From assembly GCA_964544585.1 (NCBI GenBank), contig CAZJBV010000002.1, positions 3,468 to 67,467 on the forward strand: a stretch of DNA of 64,000 nt. The letters run 5' to 3'. The stretch comes from an uncultured Gammaproteobacteria bacterium (GTDB lineage Bacteria; Patescibacteriota; Microgenomatia; 2-02-FULL-39-11). Below the pieces are notes generated by a model. The model saw nothing but the letters and a program-made list of their open reading frames with translations, was not told where the DNA came from and made no database searches. Positions 1 through 8,615 of this stretch are shown piece after piece. Both the position numbers and the translations under genes were made by a program. Each line of letters opens with the position of its first letter. Within the stretch, counting starts at the first letter, position 1.

Positions 1-20
1 CTCCTTTCAGGTGAAGGAAT
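1..20 (+). repeat. 3' end of type-A CACCT..AGGTG stem-loop repeat (partial)
   Basis: CTCCTTTCAGGTGAAGGAAT is identical to 14967-14986 and is read in the same frame (SFQVKE). Confidence 0.85.
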
Positions 21-880
21 CGGGAAATCCTACAATGGTGAGTTTATTTCTCTACTCTTTAGGCCTTTTGACAAACGAATTAGTCATTACTCTCCCGGCT
101 ATCCTCTTTGCCTACGAATTAATCTTAGGTAGTAAAAATCTCAAAAAGGCAGTCCCATTCGGTCTACTCTCTCTTTTCTATCTAGGCCTTCGTTTTTTCC
201 TCTTTGCACCACCTACAAAGGGCGATTATATTCAGTCAATAGGCATTAATATAATTCATAATGCCAAAGCTTATTTTCTTTGGTCATTTAATCTCCCCGA
301 CGAAATCAAAGCCCAATTTTTAAATTTCTTTCAAATAAACCCTCAATTTATAAAAGATTTTCCCTCTTTTACCACCATCCTTTTAGTTACCTTTTTTATT
401 AACCTCATAATTTATCTTCTGGGAGCCTACAAAAATCCCAAAATATTCTTCTTTGGTTTCTCCTGGTTTTTACTAGGACTTACTCCCGTTATTTTTTTCC
501 CAAAACACAGCTTTTCTTATTATCTTGAGATATCTCTCATCGGACTTCTTTTGCCTTACGCCCTTTTTATCAGCCGTTTTAGCCTCCTAAATTTTTCCCT
601 ACTTTCCCTTTTCCTCCTTACTTGGGTTATCTCTTCTTTTAATACCATCAAATTCAACGAACTAATTCATTGGGCTCCCCAAAGAGCGGCAAACAGCCTC
701 CGACTAATCACAGAAATTAAAAAAAAATATCCAAATGAAAAAAGTACTGTGTATGTCCTCAATACTCCCGAAAACCGTTATTCCCTAAATGGAGAAGAGG
801 CAGTCAAAGTTTTTTTTAAAAACCCTAAAATAAGAACCATCTATACCCAAGAAGCGCCAGGAAAACATCTAATAAGATGA
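1..880 (+). CDS. Multi-pass membrane protein, GT-C-like (5' truncated by window edge)
   Basis: Frame is open from base 2 (SFQVKE...), so the GTG at 11 lies inside a repeat and is not the true start. Many TM segments plus a soluble C-terminal tail. Confidence 0.6.
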   Translation, partial: SFQVKESGNPTMVSLFLYSLGLLTNELVITLPAILFAYELILGSKNLKKAVPFGLLSLFYLGLRFFLFAPPTKGDYIQSIGINIIHNAKAYFLWSFNLPDEIKAQFLNFFQINPQFIKDFPSFTTILLVTFFINLIIYLLGAYKNPKIFFFGFSWFLLGLTPVIFFPKHSFSYYLEISLIGLLLPYALFISRFSLLNFSLLSLFLLTWVISSFNTIKFNELIHWAPQRAANSLRLITEIKKKYPNEKSTVYVLNTPENRYSLNGEEAVKVFFKNPKIRTIYTQEAPGKHLIR

Positions 881-888
881 AATTTTAG

Positions 889-894
889 TATAAT
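889..894 (+). promoter_or_regulatory. Putative -10 box, leaderless-type spacing
   Basis: TATAAT ending 6 nt before the GTG at 901. Confidence 0.5.
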
Positions 895-900
895 TGGAAT

Positions 901-2364
901 GTGGATGAAACCTATATTCAAGACGTAAAGAAAAAATCAATCATTGGTGTAGCTACCCTCATTGCTCGTACCTTCTTTCTCCAAATTGTTTCTCTCATTG
1001 CCATGTTTATTCTAACCATTCTTCTCTCTCCTAGTGTTTTTGGCATTTATTATATAGTCCTTGCTATTATTAACATTCTCAACTATTTTGCCGATATAGG
1101 ATTGGCATCGGCCCTCATTCAGAAAAAAGATGAACCCGGCTCCGAGGATTATAAAACTACATTTACCATCCAGCAACTTCTCGTTTCAGTCTCTGTCTTA
1201 ATTTTTCTTCTACTCTCCGAGAGTATCGGCAGCTTTTTCAATTTGACCAATGAAGGCATATTTCTCTTACGAGCTCTTCTTATTTCCTTTTTTCTTTCTT
1301 CATTAAAGACTATTCCCTCCGTCATTCTTGAAAGAAAGCTGGAATTTGGCAGAAAAGTAGTCCCCCAGATTCTGGAGGTACTTTCCTTCAATATCGTCAC
1401 CGTCTTTTTGGCCTGGAGAGGATTTGGGCTTACAAGCTTTGCATATGCAGCCCTGGTGCGCGGAGTAGTGGGCGTTGTGGCAATTTATATCCTGTCTCCC
1501 TGGAAATTGGGTTTTGGCATAAGTAGATCCTCAGCAAGGAGTCTTCTCTCATTTGGTATACCCCTCCAGGCAGGCGCAATCTTAGCCCTCGTCAAAGACG
1601 ATTTACTTACAATATACTTAGGTAAAGTCATCCCTATAAAAGCCGAAATTGGCTATATTGGTTGGGCAAAAAGATGGTCGGAGGTGCCCTTGAGACAATT
1701 TATGGACAATATCATCGCCGTCTCTTTTCCCGTATATTCTCGCATACAACACAACAAGGAAGTCCTAAGAAAAGCCCTTGAAAAAACAACTTTTTTTACC
1801 GCACTTTTTATATTTCCGGGAGTTGTGGCCATGGTAATTCTAATAAAACCCGTTGCCCTAGTAATCCCCGGATATTTTTCCAAATGGCAGTTTGCCTTTT
1901 TTTCCTTTTATTTACTCTCTGTTAATGCCATTTTAGCCTCTCTCTCAAGCCCACTGGTCCAGGCTCTAAATGCTTTGGGTAAAGTAAAGACAACTTTTAT
2001 TTTAATGCTAGTCTGGACCTTTCTTACCTGGGCGATTATCCCGATTCTAGTCTCCCGTTTAGGCTTCAATGGTTTTGCCATCGGCTCATTTATCATTTCC
2101 CTGACTGCCTTTTTACCCATTTTTCTTATTAGAAGATACACTCCCTACTCACCTATTAAACCACTCTTAAAACCCACCATCGGGACGATCATAATGGCCC
2201 TCTCAATGTCTATTCCACTTGCAACGATCGGTTCCTCCCTTTTTGGAGTCATTCTCGCAATCATATCTGGTGTAACGCTTTATAGCCTCTTTATCTACAA
2301 AACCTCCAAAGCCGAAGTCGCCCCCCTCTTTTTGCAACTTATAAAAACTATTAAAATGAGGTAA
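901..2364 (+). CDS. Oligosaccharide flippase, Wzx/WzxC-like (MOP superfamily)
   Basis: 487 aa, about 12-14 TM, motif LSPSVFGIY..FADIGLASALIQKK typical of PST exporters. Confidence 0.85.
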   Translation: MDETYIQDVKKKSIIGVATLIARTFFLQIVSLIAMFILTILLSPSVFGIYYIVLAIINILNYFADIGLASALIQKKDEPGSEDYKTTFTIQQLLVSVSVLIFLLLSESIGSFFNLTNEGIFLLRALLISFFLSSLKTIPSVILERKLEFGRKVVPQILEVLSFNIVTVFLAWRGFGLTSFAYAALVRGVVGVVAIYILSPWKLGFGISRSSARSLLSFGIPLQAGAILALVKDDLLTIYLGKVIPIKAEIGYIGWAKRWSEVPLRQFMDNIIAVSFPVYSRIQHNKEVLRKALEKTTFFTALFIFPGVVAMVILIKPVALVIPGYFSKWQFAFFSFYLLSVNAILASLSSPLVQALNALGKVKTTFILMLVWTFLTWAIIPILVSRLGFNGFAIGSFIISLTAFLPIFLIRRYTPYSPIKPLLKPTIGTIIMALSMSIPLATIGSSLFGVILAIISGVTLYSLFIYKTSKAEVAPLFLQLIKTIKMR

Positions 2365-2372
2365 TTAGTTTT

Positions 2373-2552
2373 TACCAATATTATGAAGGAGAAATTTCTG
2401 TTACAACAGGCAAGTTAATGGATGGAAAATTGCCACCACGAGCTATGAAGTTAGTTAAGGAATGGATGCAAAACCATAAAGAAGAATTAGCAGAAAATTG
2501 GAGGTTAGCAGAAGAACATAAGAAGTTAAAGAAAATTGACCCTTTGAAATAA
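2373..2552 (+). pseudogene. 5'-truncated DUF4160-family (putative toxin) gene
   Basis: Manual translation YQYYEGEISVTTGKLMDGKLPPRAMKLVKEWMQNHKEELAENWRLAEEHKKLKKIDPLK* resembles the DUF4160 C-terminal half. The N-terminal HxPPHFH region is absent and there is an in-frame stop at 2352-2354. Confidence 0.7.
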
Positions 2553-2554
2553 GT

Positions 2555-2800
2555 ATGACGCCTAAAATAAAAGAAATACAATACAAGGAAAAATATACTT
2601 ACTATATACGTTTCGATAATAATCGCGAAGGAAGTGTGAACTTTCAATCTTTTCTTTGGGGTGAGGTCTTTGAACCATTAAAGGATGAAAAATTTTTCCG
2701 AAAGGCATATGTTGATCAAACATCAGGTACTATAACTTGGCCAAATGGTGTCGATATAGCCGCTGAAACACTATATCAAAAAATTCTCTCAAATAACTAA
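2555..2800 (+). CDS. DUF2442-family protein (putative antitoxin)
   Basis: F.N..EG.V..GEVFEPLKD..FF..GTITWPNGVDIAAETLY pattern; directly follows the DUF4160 remnant. Confidence 0.85.
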   Translation: MTPKIKEIQYKEKYTYYIRFDNNREGSVNFQSFLWGEVFEPLKDEKFFRKAYVDQTSGTITWPNGVDIAAETLYQKILSNN

Positions 2801-2930
2801 CCATTCCACCCAGTTCCCATATAGTTTTTCGTCTAGATGTCCTACTACGAATATTTTTACGAAGTAAGATAAATATAAAAAATATATATTTTTTGTTATT
2901 TTCAATAAATTAGATAAAATATGACGATCA

Positions 2931-3224
2931 ATGCATATGAATAACTGTGAATCTGATGCAAGAACTATATACTGTAACGGTGGAAGTGCCCCAAACCGCT
3001 GTGCCGCTTGGAATCTAGCTAGATGGCAAAAGATGAGAAGACAAGAAATTGCTGCAAATGGAGGAGAATTTATTGATATAGATCGACCAAGTTACCGTCC
3101 CGTTGGATGTAAACTTGGATTAAAACCAAATCCAACATGTAGTGCTATGACTAAACCTCTTGATGTGACTATATATTATCTTCCAGCCGAAACCACACAA
3201 AATACAAACCCACAAAATCCTTAG
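2931..3224 (+). CDS. Hypothetical Cys-containing small protein
   Basis: 97-aa ORF filling the gap, 5 Cys, TAAAAT at 2915-2920 upstream; no recognised family. Confidence 0.45.
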   Translation: MHMNNCESDARTIYCNGGSAPNRCAAWNLARWQKMRRQEIAANGGEFIDIDRPSYRPVGCKLGLKPNPTCSAMTKPLDVTIYYLPAETTQNTNPQNP

Positions 3225-3249
3225 ACACTTACATCATTTTTGCTATAAT
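3222..3249 (+). promoter_or_regulatory. Putative sigma70 promoter with extended -10
   Basis: TAGACA-16nt-TATAAT with TG extension (TGCTATAAT) upstream of the ATG at 3264. Confidence 0.55.
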
Positions 3250-3263
3250 CATGCTGACAGATC

Positions 3264-3602
3264 ATGCAATTTTTGGTGATTGGAAAAGACGGAAAGGATA
3301 AAAAAGCTAAGCAGCGAAGAATAGCAGCAAGACAAGCGCATCTTGCTCTTGGCGACAAGATGGAGGAGGAAGGTACCAGGTGGTACGGAGCTGTCCTAAT
3401 GGATGAAAAAAACAACATGATTGGTTCTATGGCAGTCATGGATTTTCCCTCAGAAGAAAAACTTCAAGAATGGCTGAAAAAAGAACCATATGTAACAGGA
3501 AAAGTATGGAAAACAGTAGAAGTAATAAAATGCAACGTCAAAAATCCTTGGAAATTTAATAGGCCACAATCGTTCTTTGAATCGAGGAAAAATGATAAAT
3601 GA
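3264..3602 (+). CDS. YciI-family protein
   Basis: R...R.AHL, G.....MIGSMAVMDF, WL..EPYVTG.VW motifs. Confidence 0.85.
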   Translation: MQFLVIGKDGKDKKAKQRRIAARQAHLALGDKMEEEGTRWYGAVLMDEKNNMIGSMAVMDFPSEEKLQEWLKKEPYVTGKVWKTVEVIKCNVKNPWKFNRPQSFFESRKNDK

Positions 3603-3628
3603 TTCAAATCATTTATACATGCAAGACA

Positions 3629-3657
3629 TTGAAAGTTGCCAAAGCATTAGATAGTAT
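3629..3657 (+). promoter_or_regulatory. Putative sigma70 promoter, leaderless-type spacing
   Basis: TTGAAA-17nt-TAGTAT, ending 6 nt before the ATG at 3664. Confidence 0.5.
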
Positions 3658-3663
3658 CAAACT

Positions 3664-4050
3664 ATGAAAACTATAAAACAAATCTACACAATAAATGCCT
3701 CACCCGAGAAAGTTTGGAACGCACTCGTGGATCCCAAAACGATTAATGAGTGGGGCGGGGGACCGGCCAATATGGACGAAAAGCTAGGCACAAAATTTAC
3801 TCTCTGGAGAGGAGATATCCATGGAAAAAACATAGAGGTTGTCCAAAACAAAAAAATCGTTCAAGAATGGTTTGGTGGAGACTGGGAGAAACCTTCAAAA
3901 GTGACCTTTACACTGACAAAAAAAGGTGAAACCACAGAACTAAGTCTACTTCACGAAGATATCCCGGATAACAGCGCAAAAGATATAGACGACGGCTGGA
4001 AAACTTACTACCTGGGTCCCCTCAAAGCATTATTAGAACATTATGAATAA
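3664..4050 (+). CDS. SRPBCC / AHSA1-like domain protein
   Basis: INASPEKVWNALVDP..W, KIVQEW, S.VTFTL, T.L.L.H, GW..YY motifs. Confidence 0.85.
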   Translation: MKTIKQIYTINASPEKVWNALVDPKTINEWGGGPANMDEKLGTKFTLWRGDIHGKNIEVVQNKKIVQEWFGGDWEKPSKVTFTLTKKGETTELSLLHEDIPDNSAKDIDDGWKTYYLGPLKALLEHYE

Positions 4051-4076
4051 ACGAACTAACACTAGACCACCAGAAT

Positions 4077-4433
4077 ATGTGGGTATTTTTTTTCAAAACG
4101 CCAATGGGCGGAGGAATACGTCCAACTGTGGATGATATAGAAAATACTTATTTAAAAAGGGGGCGCACTTACTTGGAGTTATATTTAAAATCTCCATTGC
4201 CACCATCACAAAAAAAGAGGTGGGTTGAAATCGGGCTTCCGAGTATTAGCGAAGGAATAGGCTTAGCCGAAGTATTTGAACTACATCCAAATGAGAATTT
4301 ACTTAAAGAATGTAAAGACCTTATGGAAAATGAAAAATTAAGGCCAATTATTGATGAAATCCGCGCAGAAGAAAGACGTAGACAGGAAGAAGAAAGAGAT
4401 AGAATTGGCTTTAGAGGCTTATCTCGCAAATAA
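4077..4433 (+). CDS. Hypothetical protein
   Basis: 118-aa ORF with a charged C-terminal helix; start uncertain. Confidence 0.5.
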   Translation: MWVFFFKTPMGGGIRPTVDDIENTYLKRGRTYLELYLKSPLPPSQKKRWVEIGLPSISEGIGLAEVFELHPNENLLKECKDLMENEKLRPIIDEIRAEERRRQEEERDRIGFRGLSRK

Positions 4434-4441
4434 TAGTCGCC

Positions 4442-4470
4442 TTGTTATTCAGACGTAAAAAGACTATACT
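4442..4470 (+). promoter_or_regulatory. Putative sigma70 promoter
   Basis: TTGTTA-17nt-TATACT upstream of the ATG at 4501. Confidence 0.45.
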
Positions 4471-4500
4471 CATTGTCCTATAAATTAAATAAATAAAACT

Positions 4501-4968
4501 ATGGGAGATTTCAATCCAAATTTCCGATCAGGAGGAGGAAGAAGTGGCGGCTTCCGAGGAAGAAATTTAGGTGGACGTGGTTTTGAGCGAAGAGAAGAAG
4601 GACCTCGAATGATGCACAAAGCCGTATGTGCCAATTGCGGAAGGGTTTGCGAAGTCCCATTTCGTCCTAGTGGTGACCGGCCAGTTTACTGCAGTGATTG
4701 CTTCGAAAAGAGAAGTAACGAGGGGGCAAGATTCCAGTTTCAAGACAGACGATGGGGAGAGCGACCAGGTGGCGATAGAGGAGGCGGGCAGAGAAGTAAT
4801 ACCCAACTCACACAAGAGCTACGTAACCTCAATGCCAAACTGGACAGAATTCTTAGAGTATTAGAACCCCAAACTCCAAAAGGACCGGAATCTATAATTA
4901 CAGAGCCCAAAGCCAAAAAACCAAAAGACACAAAGAAAAAAACCACAGAAGAAAAGACCAAAGAGTAA
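4501..4968 (+). CDS. CxxC-x17-CxxC zinc-ribbon protein with RGG-rich flanks
   Basis: MHKAVCANCGRVCEVPFRPSGDRPVYCSDCF; Gly/Arg-rich tracts; short coiled coil. Confidence 0.85.
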   Translation: MGDFNPNFRSGGGRSGGFRGRNLGGRGFERREEGPRMMHKAVCANCGRVCEVPFRPSGDRPVYCSDCFEKRSNEGARFQFQDRRWGERPGGDRGGGQRSNTQLTQELRNLNAKLDRILRVLEPQTPKGPESIITEPKAKKPKDTKKKTTEEKTKE

Positions 4969-5000
4969 ATCAGCCTCAAAAACAAGTTTTTCTCGCAAAG

Positions 5001-5009
5001 TGCTACAAT
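5001..5009 (+). promoter_or_regulatory. Extended -10 box, leaderless-type spacing
   Basis: TGCTACAAT ending 6 nt before the ATG at 5016. Confidence 0.55.
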
Positions 5010-5015
5010 AGAGGT

Positions 5016-5915
5016 ATGATTTCAGCCGTCATCAATACCTACAACGAGGAAAAGAATATCGAGCGCTGCCTCTCGTCTTTATCTTCTTGGGTTTCGGAGA
5101 TCATAATCGTTGATATGGGCTCAAAAGATAAGACGCTAGATTTAGCTAGGCATTTCAAAACAAAAATATACACCCATCCTCACACTGGTTTCGTCGAACC
5201 AGCCAGAAACTTTGCACTCACCAAGGCTCAAGGCGACTGGATCCTCCTAATTGACGCAGACGAAGAAATTCCTCATCTACTCTCGGAACTTCTTCTTTCT
5301 TATATGAAATCAACCATATCTTTCCTTCGCATTCCTAGAAAAAATATTATTTTTGGCCGTTGGATGCGTCACGCCCAGTGGTGGCCGGATTATCAAATCA
5401 GATTTTTTAAAAAAGGAGCCGTCTTTTGGAGCGACAAAATCCATAGCATCCCCCTCACACGCGGAGAGGGGATAGACATAGAAGCAAAAGAAGAATATGC
5501 CATCGTTCACCACAACTATCAGACAATCGAACAGTTTTTAGATAGACTCAATAGGTATACTACCATCCAAGCAAAAGAAATGTATCTCGAAGGAAAAAAA
5601 TTTTCCTGGAAGGATCTTCTCCACGAAGGTACCCGTGAATTCGTCAGTCGTTTTTTTGCCAACGAAGGATATAAAGACGGCGTTCATGGTTTGGTTGCAT
5701 CGCTGTTGCAAAGCTATTCCATCAGCGTGATCTATGCCAAACTCTGGGAACTGGAAGGATTTAACGAAGGCAGAATCGATCTGGACGAATTCAAAGCCGA
5801 AGAGACTGCTCGATCAAAAGAAGAAACTTATTGGATTTTGGAAAAACAATTGGAAAAAGAACCCCCTCTTATCTCAAAGCTAAAACTTAAACTAGAAAAA
5901 AGGCTCCAGACATAG
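5016..5915 (+). CDS. GT2 glycosyltransferase (WaaE/KdtX-like)
   Basis: ISAVINTYNEE, IIIVD.GS.D.T, WIL.IDADE, WWPDYQIR. Confidence 0.9.
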   Translation: MISAVINTYNEEKNIERCLSSLSSWVSEIIIVDMGSKDKTLDLARHFKTKIYTHPHTGFVEPARNFALTKAQGDWILLIDADEEIPHLLSELLLSYMKSTISFLRIPRKNIIFGRWMRHAQWWPDYQIRFFKKGAVFWSDKIHSIPLTRGEGIDIEAKEEYAIVHHNYQTIEQFLDRLNRYTTIQAKEMYLEGKKFSWKDLLHEGTREFVSRFFANEGYKDGVHGLVASLLQSYSISVIYAKLWELEGFNEGRIDLDEFKAEETARSKEETYWILEKQLEKEPPLISKLKLKLEKRLQT

Positions 5916-5920
5916 ACTCA

Positions 5921-6829
5921 ATGGTAAATTTAGGTATTATTATAGTCCACTATAAAAGTCCGGATATCACAGAGAAAGCCATTATTTCTCTAAATAAAGC
6001 AGATTTAAAGTCTTTGAACGCACAAATTATACTCATCAATAATTCCAAAGATAATCTCCCTTTTTTAAAAAGAATATCTACAATACCTTTAACTACAATC
6101 AACAACAGTCAAAATTTAGGATTTGCCGAAGGTTGCAATGTTGGCATCCGTACAGCCATGGAAAAAAAAGTTGATTACCTCCTCTTTTTAAATCCCGATA
6201 CTTTTGTTGCCCAAAATACACTTCAAGTGCTCATAGAATCATTTGACAAAGAAAGAGTTGGCCTAGTCTCACCCAAAATTTATTTTGCCAAAGGACACGA
6301 ATTTCACCACAAGAGATATACAAAAAAAGATTTAGGCAGAGTCATTTGGTATGCAGGGGGTACGATCGACTGGAAAAATGTCTACGCCCACCACAGGGGA
6401 GTAGACGATGTTGATAGAGGCCAATTCAACAATCGTATCGAAACCGACTACGTCACGGGATGCTGCATGATGGTACACCATAAAGTCTTTCAGGAAATTG
6501 GACTTCTTGATCCAAATTATTTCGTCTACTATGAAGACGTTGATTTATCAGTAAGAGCAAAAAAAAAGGGATTCAAAATAATGTACGAACCCAAAACCCA
6601 TATTTTTCATAAAAACGCTCTCTCATCAAATAAGCCTGGATCTGCCTTGCATGTCTACTTTCAGACCAGAAATCGCTATTATTTTGCCCTAAAATATGCT
6701 CCAACAAAGACTAAATTGCATATCCTCAAAGAAATCATTATAAAACTAATGTCCGACGACAGAAATATAAGACTTGCATCATTCGATATCATTCTCGGCA
6801 AAATGGGAAAAGGATCTTATATTTTATAA
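5921..6829 (+). CDS. GT2 glycosyltransferase (rhamnosyltransferase-like)
   Basis: NLGFAEGCNVG, LLFLNPD, VTGCCMM, YF.YYEDVDL. Confidence 0.9.
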   Translation: MVNLGIIIVHYKSPDITEKAIISLNKADLKSLNAQIILINNSKDNLPFLKRISTIPLTTINNSQNLGFAEGCNVGIRTAMEKKVDYLLFLNPDTFVAQNTLQVLIESFDKERVGLVSPKIYFAKGHEFHHKRYTKKDLGRVIWYAGGTIDWKNVYAHHRGVDDVDRGQFNNRIETDYVTGCCMMVHHKVFQEIGLLDPNYFVYYEDVDLSVRAKKKGFKIMYEPKTHIFHKNALSSNKPGSALHVYFQTRNRYYFALKYAPTKTKLHILKEIIIKLMSDDRNIRLASFDIILGKMGKGSYIL

Positions 6830-7569
6830 TGAATCTTTCAGCAGTCGTCATTACATACAACGAGGAAAAAATGCTTCCAGGTTGCCTGAAATCTCTTACT
6901 TTTGCCGACGAGATTATCGTTGTAGACAGTGGTTCAAAAGATAAAACCATCGATATAGCCAAAAAATACAATGCCAAAATATTTGATTTTAAAGGAAAAA
7001 GTTTTTCCCAAAGACGAAATATGGGATTTAAAAAAGCTCTGGGAGAATGGATCCTTTATATTGACGCTGATGAACGAGTGACTGAAAAGTTAAAGGAAAG
7101 CATTTTAAAGGTAGTAAACTCATCAAATCAAATAAAAGCTTATAAAATCGATAGAATTAATTACTATCTTGGTAAACTCTGGCCTGGGAATGAAAAAATT
7201 CTCAGACTGTTTTATAAAAGAAATTTTATGAGTTGGGAGGGTCTTCTCCACGAATCTCCTACCTTCGAAGGTCAAGTCGGGCAGCTTGAGGGAGAATTAT
7301 TACATTACTCCCATAGAAGCCTGGAAGAGATGATAAATAAAACAAATGACTGGTCCGAAATTGAAGCCGATCTGCGTCTTGCTGCCAACCATCCACCTAT
7401 GAGTCAGTGGAGATTTTTCCGAGTCATGGTATCCACTTTTTTGGACTATTATTTCAATAAAGGTGGCATTAAAGCTGGAACAATCGGGATAATAGAAAGC
7501 ATCTACCAATCATTTAGTCAATTTATTACCTACGCCAAATTATGGGAAAAACAAAAAATAAAAAAATAG
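6829..7569 (+). CDS. GT2 glycosyltransferase (WaaE/KdtX-like)
   Basis: LSAVVITYNEE, VVDSGS.D.T, YIDADERV, LHE.P. Confidence 0.9.
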   Translation: MNLSAVVITYNEEKMLPGCLKSLTFADEIIVVDSGSKDKTIDIAKKYNAKIFDFKGKSFSQRRNMGFKKALGEWILYIDADERVTEKLKESILKVVNSSNQIKAYKIDRINYYLGKLWPGNEKILRLFYKRNFMSWEGLLHESPTFEGQVGQLEGELLHYSHRSLEEMINKTNDWSEIEADLRLAANHPPMSQWRFFRVMVSTFLDYYFNKGGIKAGTIGIIESIYQSFSQFITYAKLWEKQKIKK

Positions 7570-8615
7570 GAATTTATTCCCCATACCTTGATATATCCGG
7601 GGGAGGCGAGCGCTATATTTTGTCAATCGCCGAATACTTAAGTCAGGAAAACGAAGTCTACCTTTTTTGGCCGGAATCGGATTCTCTAAAGAATTCAGCT
7701 AAGATTACATTGAATATTTCCCTAGATAGAATACATTTTGTATCCAATGAAATATTTAGTTCAAAAAATTTATTCAATACTTTAAAAAGTCTCTTTACTT
7801 TCGATATATTCTTCCATATGACTGATGGAAGTGTATTCTTGAGTCCCGCACGAAAAAATTTTCTTATAATCCAGTCTCCGGCACACTGTCCCGAAAAAAA
7901 CATTACCAATATTTTAAAGCTTCTTAAATGGCGCGTTCTCTGCTATTCAGATTTTGTAGCTGATATAATAAAAAAAAGACTTGGAACTTCTGCCATTGTT
8001 TTACCTCCACCAGTTGACGTAGAAAAAGAACCCGAATTAGCAAAAGAGAATAATATTCTAAGCGTAGGTAGATTCTTTACCGGTCTTCACAATAAAAAAC
8101 AGGACATTCTTTTAGAAGAGTTTATAGATGGTGCTAAAAGTGTCTATAAAGGCGTAACCCTTACTTTTGCTGGTGGTCTGACCGAAGAGTCGGGAAAAAC
8201 GTATCTCGAATCACTTAGGGAAAAAGCCAAAAATTTTTCAGTAGATTTTCAAGTCAACATGGCCTACAAAGATTTAATGACGCTTTATGAGAAAGCCAAA
8301 GTTTATTGGCATGCGGCCGGCTTTGGCGAAAACCTTGAACTCAACCCGGAAAGGGCAGAGCATTTTGGCATCACTACAGTCGAAGCCATGTGCCATGGTT
8401 GTCTTCCTATAGTTTTTAACGCAGGCGGCCAGAGAGAAATCATTCAAGACAAAGAAGATGGATATCTCTGGACCACTACAAGGGAGTTACGCGAAAAAAC
8501 CAATATTATTTTGACAAACGAGGAGAAAAGATTGATTATGGCACAGAAAGCTCGACAAAAGGCTAGAAATTATTCCAAAGTCTCATTTTATGAAAAACTT
8601 GATGCACTTCTTTAA
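7542..8615 (+). CDS. GT4 glycosyltransferase
   Basis: GGGERY, ILSVGRFF, EHFGITTVEAM (Ex7E). Confidence 0.9.
   Translation: MGKTKNKKIGIYSPYLDISGGGERYILSIAEYLSQENEVYLFWPESDSLKNSAKITLNISLDRIHFVSNEIFSSKNLFNTLKSLFTFDIFFHMTDGSVFLSPARKNFLIIQSPAHCPEKNITNILKLLKWRVLCYSDFVADIIKKRLGTSAIVLPPPVDVEKEPELAKENNILSVGRFFTGLHNKKQDILLEEFIDGAKSVYKGVTLTFAGGLTEESGKTYLESLREKAKNFSVDFQVNMAYKDLMTLYEKAKVYWHAAGFGENLELNPERAEHFGITTVEAMCHGCLPIVFNAGGQREIIQDKEDGYLWTTTRELREKTNIILTNEEKRLIMAQKARQKARNYSKVSFYEKLDALL

Noticed and set aside
6559-6567. Poly-A runs (here and elsewhere) as phase-variation tracts
   Set aside because: A8-A10 runs are common in this AT-rich, Lys-rich coding DNA, and the host genes are in frame.
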